Source: Macrostomum lignano (taxonomy: Eukaryota). From it: a stretch of DNA of 64,000 nucleotides. The stretch is taken from positions 1-64,000 of the forward strand of contig NIVC01000507.1 of the NCBI GenBank assembly GCA_002269645.1, in the 5' to 3' direction. Both the position numbers and the translations under genes were made by a program. Numbering within the stretch: position 1 is the first letter of the stretch; every line of letters begins with the position of its first letter. Positions 12,492 through 24,100 of this stretch are shown piece after piece. The notes beneath the pieces are model-generated. The model saw only the letters and a program-made list of their open reading frames with translations. It did no database searches and was not told the origin of the DNA.

Positions 12492-13184
12492 CTAGTCGAA
12501 ATTTCTATTTTAAGAAAAGCAAATATTTAACTTTAGCTAATTTTAGCTAATTGGCTTACTTTAGCTCACAGATTCTAGAACAGCTAGATGAGCCACTGAA
12601 GCACAGCTATATACAACAGCTGAAATAAATGACTTTGATAACTTTAGAAGCCCAAGCTTGCAGGCGTAAACAACTTGCTGATTGGTCCAGCCATAATGTA
12701 CATTAGCCACTGAAATGTACATGGCAGATTTACCCTGGAACTACCGAGAAAGGCAATAAAAATTGGGTGGCGGGGCGGGGGTAGAGGTTCTGTGTGGAAT
12801 TTGAGGGTTTAAGCTTGGGGGGTAAAAGCCAATAAATAAACCTTGCCTTAGTTTGTCTTCAAAACTTCATTAAAATGCCTCGGTTAACTTAAACTACTAA
12901 ACTGAAAGTACCTTGCAGGCAAATGTGCTGAGTGAATCATCTAGTTTGTTCTAGTATCTGTGGTTTAATTACTAATTAAAGCTTAATGGAAGACAGGCAA
13001 AATTTGTAAAAATCCTTGGATCAAAAACTTTTTGCGGCTGAAATAACTAGTTACTAGATACTAGTTGCATAGCTCGAAGCTACTATTAGGTCGTTGATTC
13101 CGCGTGTCGAGCACAATTCTCTAATTTGTTTTTTTTAATAGCCACCTGGCTTAAAAACTGTGTTGTCATTCATTCAAAAATTTT

Positions 13185-13985
13185 ATCACCACCTGCTCTA
13201 AACATTGTGTTTCTACTTATTCAACGATTTTATTCGCCATCTGCTCTAAACATTGTGTTTCTACTTATTCAACGATTTTATTCGCCATCTGCTCTAAACA
13301 TTGTGTTTCTACTTATTCAACCATTTTATTCGCCACCTGCTCTAAACATTGTGTTTCTACTTATTCAACCATTTTATTCGCCACCTGCTCTAAACATTGT
13401 GTTTCTACTTATTCAACCATTTTATTCGCCACCTGCTCTAAACATTGTGTTTCTACTTATTCAACGATTTTATTCGCCACCTGCTCTAAACATTGTGTTT
13501 CTACTTATTCAACCATTTTATTCGCCACCTGCTCTAAACATTGTGTTTCTACTTATTCAACCATTTTATTCGCCACCTGCTCTAAACATTGTGTTTCTAC
13601 TTATTCAAAAATTTTATCGCCACCTGCTCTAAACATTGTGTTTCTACTTATTCAACCATTTTATTCGCCACCTGCTCTAAACATTGTGTTTCTACTTATT
13701 CAACCATTTTATTCGCCACCTGCTCTAAACATTGTGTTTCTACTTATTCAACCATTTTATTCGCCACCTGCTCTAAACATTGTGTTTCTACTTATTCAAC
13801 CATTTTATTCGCCACCTGCTCTAAACATTGTGTTTCTACTTATTCAACCATTTTATTCGCCACCTGCTCTAAACATTGTGTTTCTACTTATTCAACCATT
13901 TTATTCGCCACCTGCTCTAAACATTGTGTTTCTATTTATTCAACCATTTTATTCGCCACCTGCTCTAAACATTGTTTTTATTTAT
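13185..13985. repeat. 48-bp minisatellite, ~16.5 copies
   Basis: Unit ccattttattcgccacctgctctaaacattgtgtttctacttattcaa; explains ORFs 13126, 13589, 13638. Confidence 0.95.
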
Positions 13986-14221
13986 TCAAAACTTTTTTAT
14001 TACAAACATTCAAACATAAGTTGCAACTTTTTAAAAAAAATAAATTTGTTTCCCTTCAGTTTTGTTCCGTTTTCCAAAAGCCTCTTTATTTGTGGTGCCT
14101 CTTTATTTTACTTTATGAATTAAACATTCGCATATAAAATGATGGAAGCGTTCAGAAATTCTTCTATCTGGTTGATACATCCACTGGTTATTTATAGGCC
14201 TAGATATACTTCTATGGTAAA

Positions 14222-14660
14222 ATTGTTAGGGCAGCCCTTCCACACTAGCTATGGTGGGATTGTTGGGACAGCCCTATGCACACTGGCTATGGTGGGATTG
14301 TTGGGACAGCCCTATGTACACTGGCTATGGTGGGATTGTTGGGACAGCCCTATGCACACTGGCTATGGTGGGATTGTTGGGACAGCCCTATGCACACTGG
14401 CTATGGTGGGATTGTTGGGACAGCTCTATCCACACTAGCTTTGGTGGAATTGTTGGGACAGCCCTATGCACACTGGCTATGGTGGAATTGTTGGGACAGC
14501 CCTATGTACACTGGCTATGCTGGAATTGTTGGGACAGCCCTATGTACACTGGCTATGGTGGAATTGTTGGGACAGCCCTATGTACACTGGCTATGCTGGA
14601 ATTGTTGGGACAGCCCTATGTACACTGGCTATGCTGGAATTGTTGGGACAGCCCTATACT
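14222..14660. repeat. 38-bp minisatellite, ~11.5 copies
   Basis: Unit ctatggtgggattgttgggacagccctatgcacactgg; ORFs open in all three frames with a 38-aa period. Confidence 0.95.
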
Positions 14661-15280
14661 ATAGTGTGTGCTGGCTTCTGCTTCTGCTATAGTGTGGTTC
14701 ATTTCCGCATCCTTTTACGTAGCATTCTGTGGGTCCGAATAGCTGACATGTACCTTTTGAGTAATTCTAGTGATTGTGTCATAATCAATAAAGTACATTT
14801 TTATGAACAGTGGAGTTTCGCTACAGAATTGTTTTTTCCCAGTGGCACTAAATGTAGCAAATTTTGTTTATTCAGATCGTAAAATTTTTTTGATATGTGT
14901 CAATGTCGTTTGTCTTCGATAACCTTAAAGTCCCTTGCCATTTACCATCCTGTCTTCTATAATCTATGATCGCTGAAATTATCTGGTGAAATTTGACGCG
15001 CTGATATTATTGCCTTAAGTGGAATTCAGCAAGACACCAGGGTTTTTTAATTCTGTTTTAGACAAGTATACATGTACAATCTGTTGTGAGTTCAATGCAC
15101 CTCGAAAAATGCTTTCCAACTGTTTTCAGTAAGCCAAAAGCATGTTGTCAATAAAAATCGATTTGGTGGGTTGAAAATTGCCTGTGTGGGGACGTGTGTG
15201 TGTGTGATTTTTCGTGTGTCGAAGCAGTCCCAATATGTGCAAGCTTTTGCACACTTGGCCAATAAGTGCCTCGTGCACGT

Positions 15281-15303
15281 TTGTGTGTGTGTGTGTGTGT
15301 GTG
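15281..15303. repeat. (GT)n microsatellite
   Basis: Direct reading; a shorter tract lies at ~15193-15205. Confidence 0.9.
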
Positions 15304-16191
15304 TTCCGCCAGTGTAGTGGATTAGGCTTAGGCATGCACAAGTAACCTGCCGTCTGGCTGCGTCTACTGCAGACGCCACTTTGACAGCGATGACAGCAAA
15401 TAGTACGCTCGTAATATTTGCTGTCATTCTATCAATCAATTTACCAGACTATCAGTACATCCTGAGCACATCCAAGCGCTGCATGCTACCCAAATTACAC
15501 TCACAATGGGAATAGCAAATGCCAATCCAATAATGTATGCTTTATTTAAAATTCACAATTGCTAGACATGATGTTAGACAAAAAGACAAGACCATACGAT
15601 TTTACGAAGAAAGTATGCAATTATTGTTGAGATTTCGGTGTACTGAACACGGGCCCTTAAAAGAGTACTGAGTGTAAAAGTTTTTTCCAGCCGTTTGACT
15701 CAAGTCAGCCAACCGCAACAAGAGAAAAGTGAGGTTGCCACACAAATGAATGGAAACATGATAGTTGGAGAGAATAGAAGAAGATCTTGAAAGGCAAAGA
15801 AGATCTAGATTCCATCGATCTAAACTGCTTCTATTTTGCGTTTCCTGAGCTGCATTTCATTTTTTGCTCTTTTCTGTTCAAAGCTAACTAGAAACATTGC
15901 TTCATCTCCATTCCTGCATTACTCATTCATGCTCTTACAAGAGTTGAAGGCACAAGTTTTTAACGTGCTTTGCACAAGCGAAGTGAAAAAAACTAAGTCA
16001 CATAGTTTTCAACGAGTCTACACGGCACGATAGAACATAATTATAGTTGATTAATTCTGTAATATATGCACTTAGTTTCTGCACTACTGTTAGTAGTCTT
16101 TGCTTGAAAAAAAAAACATTAGTGCTTCGGTTGGATAAGAAGTTCGTGCGATTGTATTCACAGGTATGGAAATTAGGGCAAAACCAGCAAA

Positions 16192-16600
16192 ATGGTTACT
16201 ATCTCAAACTTGGACAGGACAGGACCCTACCATGACTCGTTGCATTTCTTGGGGTTGGGGTCACTCTTGACAAGGATCTTAACTTTAGACAACACATATC
16301 GAGAACAGCAGGAATCACCATCGCCAAGCTTGATTTCCCAACTGTCGCTCCGGCTCTTGTACAGGTCGTACATCGAGGGTCCTATGACCTACGGGGCGCC
16401 TGTACACATCAACGCTCCGGATGCTCTCTTGCAGAAGCTTCAGCTTCTCCAAAATCAGGCTCTCAAAATCGTTCTTGGTGCACCTAGATAAAAGAAAATG
16501 TGCTATTTACATGATGCCACCAAGATTCCCAGGTTCAAGGAGAAAATCTGGAACCTGGGCTTAAGGTGGTACAAGAAAGTAGTTCTCACAGGGTTCACAA
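16192..16600 (+). pseudogene. Degenerate non-LTR retrotransposon (LINE) ORF2 fragment, post-RT region
   Basis: LLYRSYIEGPMTYGAPVH...LQKLQLLQNQALKIVLGAPR*KKMCYLHDATKIPRFKEKI resembles the conserved LYK.LIRP.L.YG.P.W...LQ..QN.ALR.I.GAP...LH...IP segment of Jockey/I-type LINEs; in-frame stop. Confidence 0.7.
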
Positions 16601-17105
16601 CCTTGACCTGGACCTAAAAGACTGGAGCAGACCGGGATACAGAGAACCAGTTATGAGAAAACTGATAACTGAGTTTTAATTGCTTAATTCACATTACGTA
16701 CCTGATTATTTATGATTTTTTAATTTCTTCCTCTAATATTCTCGTCTAAAAATCGGAATATTATAAAGTATTTTATTTTACTCCAAAATCGAACTAAAAA
16801 AAAACTTTATTAGCGTATGAGCCCAGTTAGGGCTGAGGCGCTAGAACTAAGCAAAGAAATAAAGAAGAAAAACCAGCAAAATGGCTACTATTACATAGTT
16901 CTAAGTATAAAAAACTAAGTATTTATTAAGTATGACATGTCCAAAGTTTAGCAATTGTCGTAAGGTCCAGGTCACTATTAGCAACACAGACTGTTAAGAA
17001 CCTCAACTATTACATCGATTCCATTGAAAGATCGTCCGTCTCTTTAAACTTATCATACATGCAGCTCTCGTTTCTGTGACGCATCGCCTTAGCAAGTGCG
17101 GTTAT

Positions 17106-19311
17106 TCAAGCCTCAATCATTTCCGAATCGATTGTTGCCTGCGAGCCAGCAGAATCGCCGCGTGCTTTGTACCGGATAATACGAAATGAGCAGCACCGAC
17201 GCCTGACCACGATTATTACTATTACTAGCAGGACTAGCACTAGGAAGACCCCACAAGAGAGCGAGACTATTAATATCAAACTTAACTGATGGCTTTCTGG
17301 AGCAGAGTATGACGTGGTGACGCTGACGGTTGAATCTGATTGGCTGGAAGGGTATGAAACTGAACTTGTAACGATGCTTGAAGCTGATTGGCTGGAAGGG
17401 TACGAAATTGAACTTGTAACGATGCTTGAAGCTGATTGGCTGGTTGGCTGAATGGAAGACGCAGTGGCAGCGCTAGATCCACTGCAATTGTCTGGCAGAG
17501 TAAAGTTGAACACAGACTGTCCGGCAAGTTGCGGCGGTCCGGCGCAGAGCCATCTGGTCAAATCGGGAATTCGCTCTCTCACCCCGCTGTTGTGCAGAGC
17601 CAGTCTAAGCCAGGCGAGCTCGCAGTCGCATCTGAACGGATTCCCGGCCGCTTTCAGCCATTCGAAACTGCTGCCGTTAAATTGGAGCAACATTGGCAAC
17701 GGATTGACCGAGGCTCCGTCCGTTCCACCGATGGTAGTCAGGCGCGACGAGGACACGTCCAGCTGGACTAGCTTAGCTGGCATCGGGCCAGCCCAGCCCG
17801 TCAGTGGCGTCGCAGCCATAGACAGTCGGCGGAGTTTGTCCAATCCGGCCAACGTTTGAGGTGACAGGTGCGAAATCGACGAACCATCTAAGATCAGGTC
17901 GGTCAAGTAGCCGCCGACTCCAGCCAGAGCGCCGTCTTCGATGTGCAGCAAGCCCGGACAGTTGGCCAAGTCTAGGAGACTCAACCTGGGAAGACGACCC
18001 GCCGGTAGCAGGTCCGCTGACAGGCGAGTCAGACCGGCTGATGCTCGCAGGAACAGCGAGATGAAACGGTTAGAAAACTTTGTGGACTGAAATAAATAAG
18101 GATTAGGTTGGGATGTTTTTGTGTAGTTACTCTGGAAAGTAAACCATCACTTGGGGGTTGGGGGTCGCTATGGATTTCATGGTGAAGGGGGACAAGGCCA
18201 AGAAATCTACAAAACTAAATTCCTACATTGTTTTCAGAATCGGTGTCGTTAGCACTCATTTTGGCGCCGCAGGCACTCATTTTGGCGCTGCAGACACTCA
18301 TTTGGCGCCGCAGGCACTCATTTTGGCGCCGCAGGCATTCATTTTGGCGCCGCAGGCACTCCTTTTGGCGCCGCAGGCACTCATTTTGGCGCCGCAGGCA
18401 CTCATTTTGGCGCCGCAGGCATTCATTTTGGCGCCGCAGGCACTCATTTTGGCGCCGCAGGCACTCATTTTGGCGCCGCAGGCACTCATTTTGGCGCCGC
18501 AGGCACTCAGACATTGGCATGCCCCGCCCTTAGTTTCTAGGGGGGGGGGCATGGGGGATCTTGATGGGGGATTAGAAATGCAGTATTATCTCAAAGCTAA
18601 AGACTTTACCTGAAACAGTTCGATCAGATTTTCTCCTGTAACTGAGTTGTCGCTTAGGTCCAGGCTCCTCAAAGTTTGCGCCAGATCTGTCAGTGTTCTG
18701 TTCTCAATGCACTGCAGACTCACTGAGCTCATCTTTAGACTAGACAGATCTTTGCTGTTCTTCAAATTTGCGAACACCTTCCGAGATAGGGTCGGCCACT
18801 GATTGCCGCTCAATGAGACGACTGTGAGCTCGGCGCAGTGCAGGTAGGAGTCCGGAAAGACCTCATTATTGATTTGATTATCGTCCAAAATCAGTCGCTG
18901 CAATTTTGGCGCAAACTGGCACACCTGCGGCAGAGAAGCCAGCCGATTCTGCGACAGGTACAGGCGGCGAAGAGAGCGCAGGCCACGCAGCGATTCGTTG
19001 CCCAGCAGTGAGAGTCCGTTACCGTTCAGGTAGAGATCGGTCAACCGGTTCAGGCCGGGCTCAAACGCACCATCAGGTATGCTGGCAATCTTGTTTGCCT
19101 GAAGAAACAGCTTGCTTGTGCGATTCGATAAACCTTGGGGAATCCTCGTCAGCCCCTGACTTTGACAGTCAGTCTCAATAGTATCGTCAGATAGGACTTT
19201 GCATTGGCAGTCCTTTGGGCATGTGTCAGTACTTGCCAGACTCTCAGTGTGTAGCAATAAGAGTGCTAGAAAGCACAGTAAAACAAAAGGGATAGAAATT
19301 CTGAGTAGCAT
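17106..19311 (-). CDS. LRR single-pass transmembrane protein, 560 aa; exons 19311-18610 and 18086-17106
   Basis: Signal peptide MLLRISIPFVLLCFLALLLL, LRRNT CPKDCQC...DC, LxxLxLxxN repeats, LRRCT NPFRCDCELAWL, S/T-rich stalk, TM LILIVSLSCGVFLVLVLLVIVIIVV, short tail. Phase-0 intron TTTCAG|gtaaag ... atttcag|TCC joins the frames. Confidence 0.9.
18250..18512. repeat. 21-bp minisatellite (~12 copies) in LRR gene intron
   Basis: Unit cactcattttggcgccgcagg. Confidence 0.95.
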
Positions 19312-19769
19312 CTTTGGACCGAAGAACTGCTATATGTAGTTTATAGTTGGCCAACTCCTATATATATGTAGCTACTCTCGACAATTTCCAGTAAATTTTG
19401 GCTTGAAAGAACATTTCCAATGATAGAGATAAGGATCGGTCGAAAGCGTGCAAAGTGGTCGAGCTCTCCTAAAAAATGTGACAAAAACAGCTAGTTACAG
19501 AAAGTGGACAGTGAAATTCGGTGTGCTCATGCCTGGAACAGATTCCTGGAAATCAAGCGAGCTTCCAAGAGTTGTCAGGTGCACCCACGGTTACTGTACA
19601 GTCCTGGCGTGATTCTAACTTGATAAATTTTATCAAACATGTGGCGACTCGGCAGGTTGAGTACGTTGAAAATTGCACGAGAAAATGCCGTAAGTCAACC
19701 TACGAGGGTAAGTCAAAAACTAATGATAATTTTGTTATCATTTTGATTTACCAGCAGAAATCTCGCAGG

Positions 19770-20150
19770 GCTTCACGGAAGAGCCAAGAAGTGTGGACTG
19801 GTGCTTTGTCGTAGTGAAAGCGAATCCCAGCTTGCCAGGTCGCTTTTTGGCCAGTCTGGAGTGGAACTTTTGCAGAAGCGACTCATATTAGGTGGCACTG
19901 ATGGTCTTCTGGCTTTCCAAGAAGGCCACCATCACCACTCCCTCAACATCCCAGAAGATGGTCGCCAAGACCTTCGCTGCAGACCCTTCCGCACGGAATT
20001 TCTTGGGGCCCGCTGAACCTCGTGGCAGCCACTCCTTGGATTGGACCTTGGACTCGGGATTGTACTGAAATATCCATGTTTCATCCCCGGTCACTAAGCG
20101 CTGGTAAAAGTTTTCTGAATCAGCATCCAAGCAGGCCAGTCGGATTATTA
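19770..20150 (-). mobile_element. Mariner transposase relic
   Basis: RLVTGDETWIFQYNPESKVQSKEW...KKFR...KVLATIFWDVEGVV then stop; YESLLQK...KKRPGK and frameshifted HYDKAPVH (HDNAPAH motif). Disrupted. Confidence 0.9.
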
Positions 20151-21109
20151 ATGTTCACCCAGATTCATTCAACCGTTAGGTGGTAGCAGTGTTACGAGCT
20201 ACTAGGATTGGGTCTTGGGCTACTTCATGACCATGTTTTCTCAATTGTTTATTCAAAGACCTATTAACGAAAAATTCCCACGTGACAATGGCTAGCTGTT
20301 CTCTCTTGTTTTGGCTTGGATACGTATCTGAGAATAGACGCAGATGGCAAGACCGAACATCCTGGTGGAATCGGATTGATAATTAATCTGCCAGGTAAAT
20401 ATGTTGTTATCATTCTAAACTGCCAGCTGATCCGTTCAAGCCTCGAGGTTGTGGTGAGTCAGACAGCCCCAAACCCGACTTTCGGCGTCTTCTGGTGTTG
20501 TCTTATGAACCATTGGAAGTCCACAGTTACCAAATAGCACCGTTAATCTCTACTTTTCTCAGTAGATAATAGTGAATACCACTGTATATAAAAATTCTTA
20601 TCAATGACTGACTCTGAATCTTGAGAAAGTACAAAAACGATCCAACAAAACCGGACTTTATCTGGGCGACTTATCTACGGATATGAGGATTTATTGATTT
20701 TTATCGAAAATTTGCAAGCATCTACAGATATAGTTTAGTACTCTACGAACGTATTTCATTAATCAATAAACAGGTTTTCATACCGTAAGCATAACTTTTG
20801 CATGTAGGAACTTGGCAAAAATTATTAAATTTTGTAATCTGTCTGTTTAAAAAATGTTTAGGCATATAAAGAACAGAGAGCTTTTGAGACAATGAGATGA
20901 AAACCTGAATTTACTAGAACACGAGCGTGTTTCCTAAATAGTCGGTTGGCTTGCAAAATATAATACAGCATTTGCAAGTTTTGAGGACTGTAAATGAAAT
21001 TAACCAAAAATATTTTATGTGCGTTGAAAAGATTTTCCCTGCTTCAATTTTACTCAGGTAGACAGACAGACAAACAAATAGACCAGACAGACAGACAGAC
21101 ACTCTTACG

Positions 21110-24100
21110 ACTGTCTGTGTGTTTAGCGGGACCTGAGTTATGTTAATGCGTTACGTGGACCACGCAATTCCGGTTAAAAAATAGAGTCTGTTTTGACAAC
21201 GCGAAAGGCTAGCTAGGGTTATCTTTTTGTTAACTTGACGGAACAGCCAGTTCGGGGAAACTGTGGTGGTTCACTAACTACGTTTTGGGGACCGGGTTAG
21301 GTGGACCGCAAAAAAACAGTTGGTTTAGTTAGACCTCTTTCGTTGTAGAAAATTTATTGCTTTAAACTGTTCTTTTGAACTATTAAAACAGAAATTCTCA
21401 AAAAAGAACAGATAAAAGGGTTACGACGTCATTTAATGAAAATATCCCAAGTTCAAACCAATTTATTTAGCATTATTAATCGGGTTAATCGGGTTAAACA
21501 AATGTACGATCGCATTAGTTAGTTGCGTCGCGTGAATACAAGAAGGTGAATGAAAATAAAGCATTTTGAAAATAAATACAGAATCATATCAAATACTAAC
21601 TGTAAACTCATTAAAACTAATTTAGGTCAAAATGTATGCTTCAAATACATGTTAACAAACGTAAGATTCCATTAGTTAAAAAAGGTCATCCGAGTACGAG
21701 CCTACAAGAAGTTGAAGGGCATTTTTAATAACGACAAAAGTTACTAAAACTGAAATTAAATTGATTTGACTACATCAGGGGTTCGTATTATACTGAATGA
21801 GTTGGTGAGCAATCATATGATAAGCCAATCATTTTACCGACTTTCATCTTTTCGTTCACGCAGATGATGGCTTAATCTTCTTATTTTTCTACGAAATATT
21901 CTCCTGGACCTTCCCTGCCTCCGTGGTCCGGGACCGCTTCTGTTATTGATCTGTCATCGCCTCTCTCACGAATTTCAGCTTACTCAGCCATCGAATCCGC
22001 TTTCGTCAGCTCAGCTCTATGATGAACCTTTCTATATTTCTCGTCAATTAGTGGTTTGAATCTTCTTTTACAGTTCGTTTTCACCTTCATCTCGGTGAAA
22101 CGCAGTCAGTCTCGTCAAGCTCAGGCGAACAAAATCAACCACAGGCTCCTACAAAGGTAGAAAATAAAATTAACTGACAATCAAACAGACACAGAAATCT
22201 GTTCCAGTTGTGTCTGTAGGTTATGTGGACCACCTGAGAGCCAGAGCCTCAAACAGACAGAGAAATCTGTTCGAGTTGTGTCTGTAGGTTAGGTGGACCA
22301 CCTTCTGAGAGCCAAAGCCTCAAACAGACTGAGAGAGCTGCTTCAGTTGTGTCTGTAGGTTATGTGGACCACCTAAGAGCCAGAGCCTCAAACAGACAGA
22401 GAAATCTGTTCGAGTTGTGTCTGTAGGTTAGGTGGACCAGCTACTCCACAGCACTTCTAGGCGATAATCTGAGCCAGGAATCTCCGAGAGCCTCTCGTTA
22501 CACATCCAGATGTTCTGCCTTGATGCTGGACTAGCTCACTTTCTAGGAATCTGTTCTGATTGCATTCTAACAAACTGAAGCATTCTCGGCACTAAACTTT
22601 CTCGGCGGCTCTGAGAGCCAGAGCCTCAAACAGAAGAGAAATCTGTTCGAGTTGTGTCTGTAGGTTAGGTGGACCAGCTATTCTACAGCACTTCTAGGCG
22701 ATAATCTGAGCCAGGAATCTCCGAGAGCCTCTCGTTACACATCCAGATGTTCTACCTTGATGCTGGACTAGCTCACTTTCTAGGAATCTGTTCTGATTGC
22801 ATTCTAACAAACTGAAGCATTCTCGGCACTAAACTTTCTCGGCGGCTCTGAGAGCCAGAGCCTCAAACAGACAGAGAAATCTGTTCGAGTTGTGTCTGTA
22901 GGTTAGGTGGACCAGCTACTCCAAAGCACTTCTAGGCGATAATCTGAGCCAGGAGTCTCCGAGAGACTTTCGTTACACATCCAGATGTTCTACCTTGATG
23001 CTGGACTAGCTCACTTTCTAGGAATCTGTTCTGATTGCATTCTAACAAACTGAAGCATTCTCGGCACTAAACTTTCTCGGCGGCTCTGAGAGCCAGAGCC
23101 TCAAACAGACAGAGAAATCTGTTCGAGTTGTGTCTGTAGGTTAGGTGGACCAGCTACTCCAAAGCACTTCTAGGCGATAATCTGAGCCAGGAGTCTCCGA
23201 GAGACTTTCGTTACACATCCAGATGTTCTGCCTTGATGCTGGACTAGCTCACTTTCTAGGAATCTGTTCTGATTGCATTCTAACAAACTGAAGCATTCTC
23301 GGCACTAAACTTTCTCGGCGGCTCTGAGAGCCAGAGCCTCAAACAGACAGAGAAATCTGTTCGAGTTGTGTCTGTAGGTTAGGTGGACCAGCTACTCCAA
23401 AGCACTTCTAGGCGATAATCTGAGCCAGGAATCTCCGAGAGCCTCTCGTTACACATCCAGATGTTCTGCCTTGATGCTGGACTAGCTCACTTTCTAGGAA
23501 TCTGTTCTGATTGCATTCTAACAAACTGAAGCATTCTCGGCACTAAACTTTCTCGGCGGCTCTGAGATCCAGAGCCTCAAACAGACAGAGAAATCTGTTC
23601 GAGTTGTGTCTGTAGGTTAGGTGGACCAGCTACTCCAAAGCACTTCTAGGCGATAATCTGAGCCAGGAATCTCCGAGAGCCTCTCGTTACACATCCAGAT
23701 GTTCTACCTTGATGCTGGACTAGCTCACTTTCTAGGAATCTGTTCTGATTGCATTCTAACAAACTGAAGCATTCTCGGCACTAAACTTTCTCGGCGGCTC
23801 TGAGAGCCAGAGCCTCAAACAGACAGAGAAATCTGTTCGAGTTGTGTCTGTAGGTTAGGTGGACCAGCTATTCTACAGCACTTCTAGGCGATAATCTGAG
23901 CCAGGAATCTCCGAGAGCCTCTCGTTACACATCCAGATGTTCTACCTTGATGCTGGACTAGCTCACTTTCTAGGAATCTGTTCTGATTGCATTCTAACAA
24001 ACTGAAGCATTCTCGGCACTAAACTTTCTCGGCGGCTCTGAGAGCCAGAGCCTCAAACAGACAGAGAAATCTGTTCGAGTTGTGTCTGTAGGTTAGGTGG

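Larger units (their letters stand above)
450..12850 (+). mobile_element. Putative Crypton-like YR transposon or domesticated derivative; boundaries not determined
   Basis: Intact spliced YR gene, no RT/RNaseH/gag (so not DIRS); AATAAA signals at ~12757 and ~12832. No terminal repeats identified. Confidence 0.5.

Noticed and set aside
13126-14882. Long ORFs over the 48- and 38-bp arrays
   Set aside because: Open in several frames because of periodicity; no coding signature.
15092-15439. 115-aa minus-strand ORF
   Set aside because: Includes a (CA)n-derived THTHT run and no recognisable domain or partner exons.
17106-19311. Toll-like receptor call
   Set aside because: Cytoplasmic tail is ~30 aa with no TIR domain.
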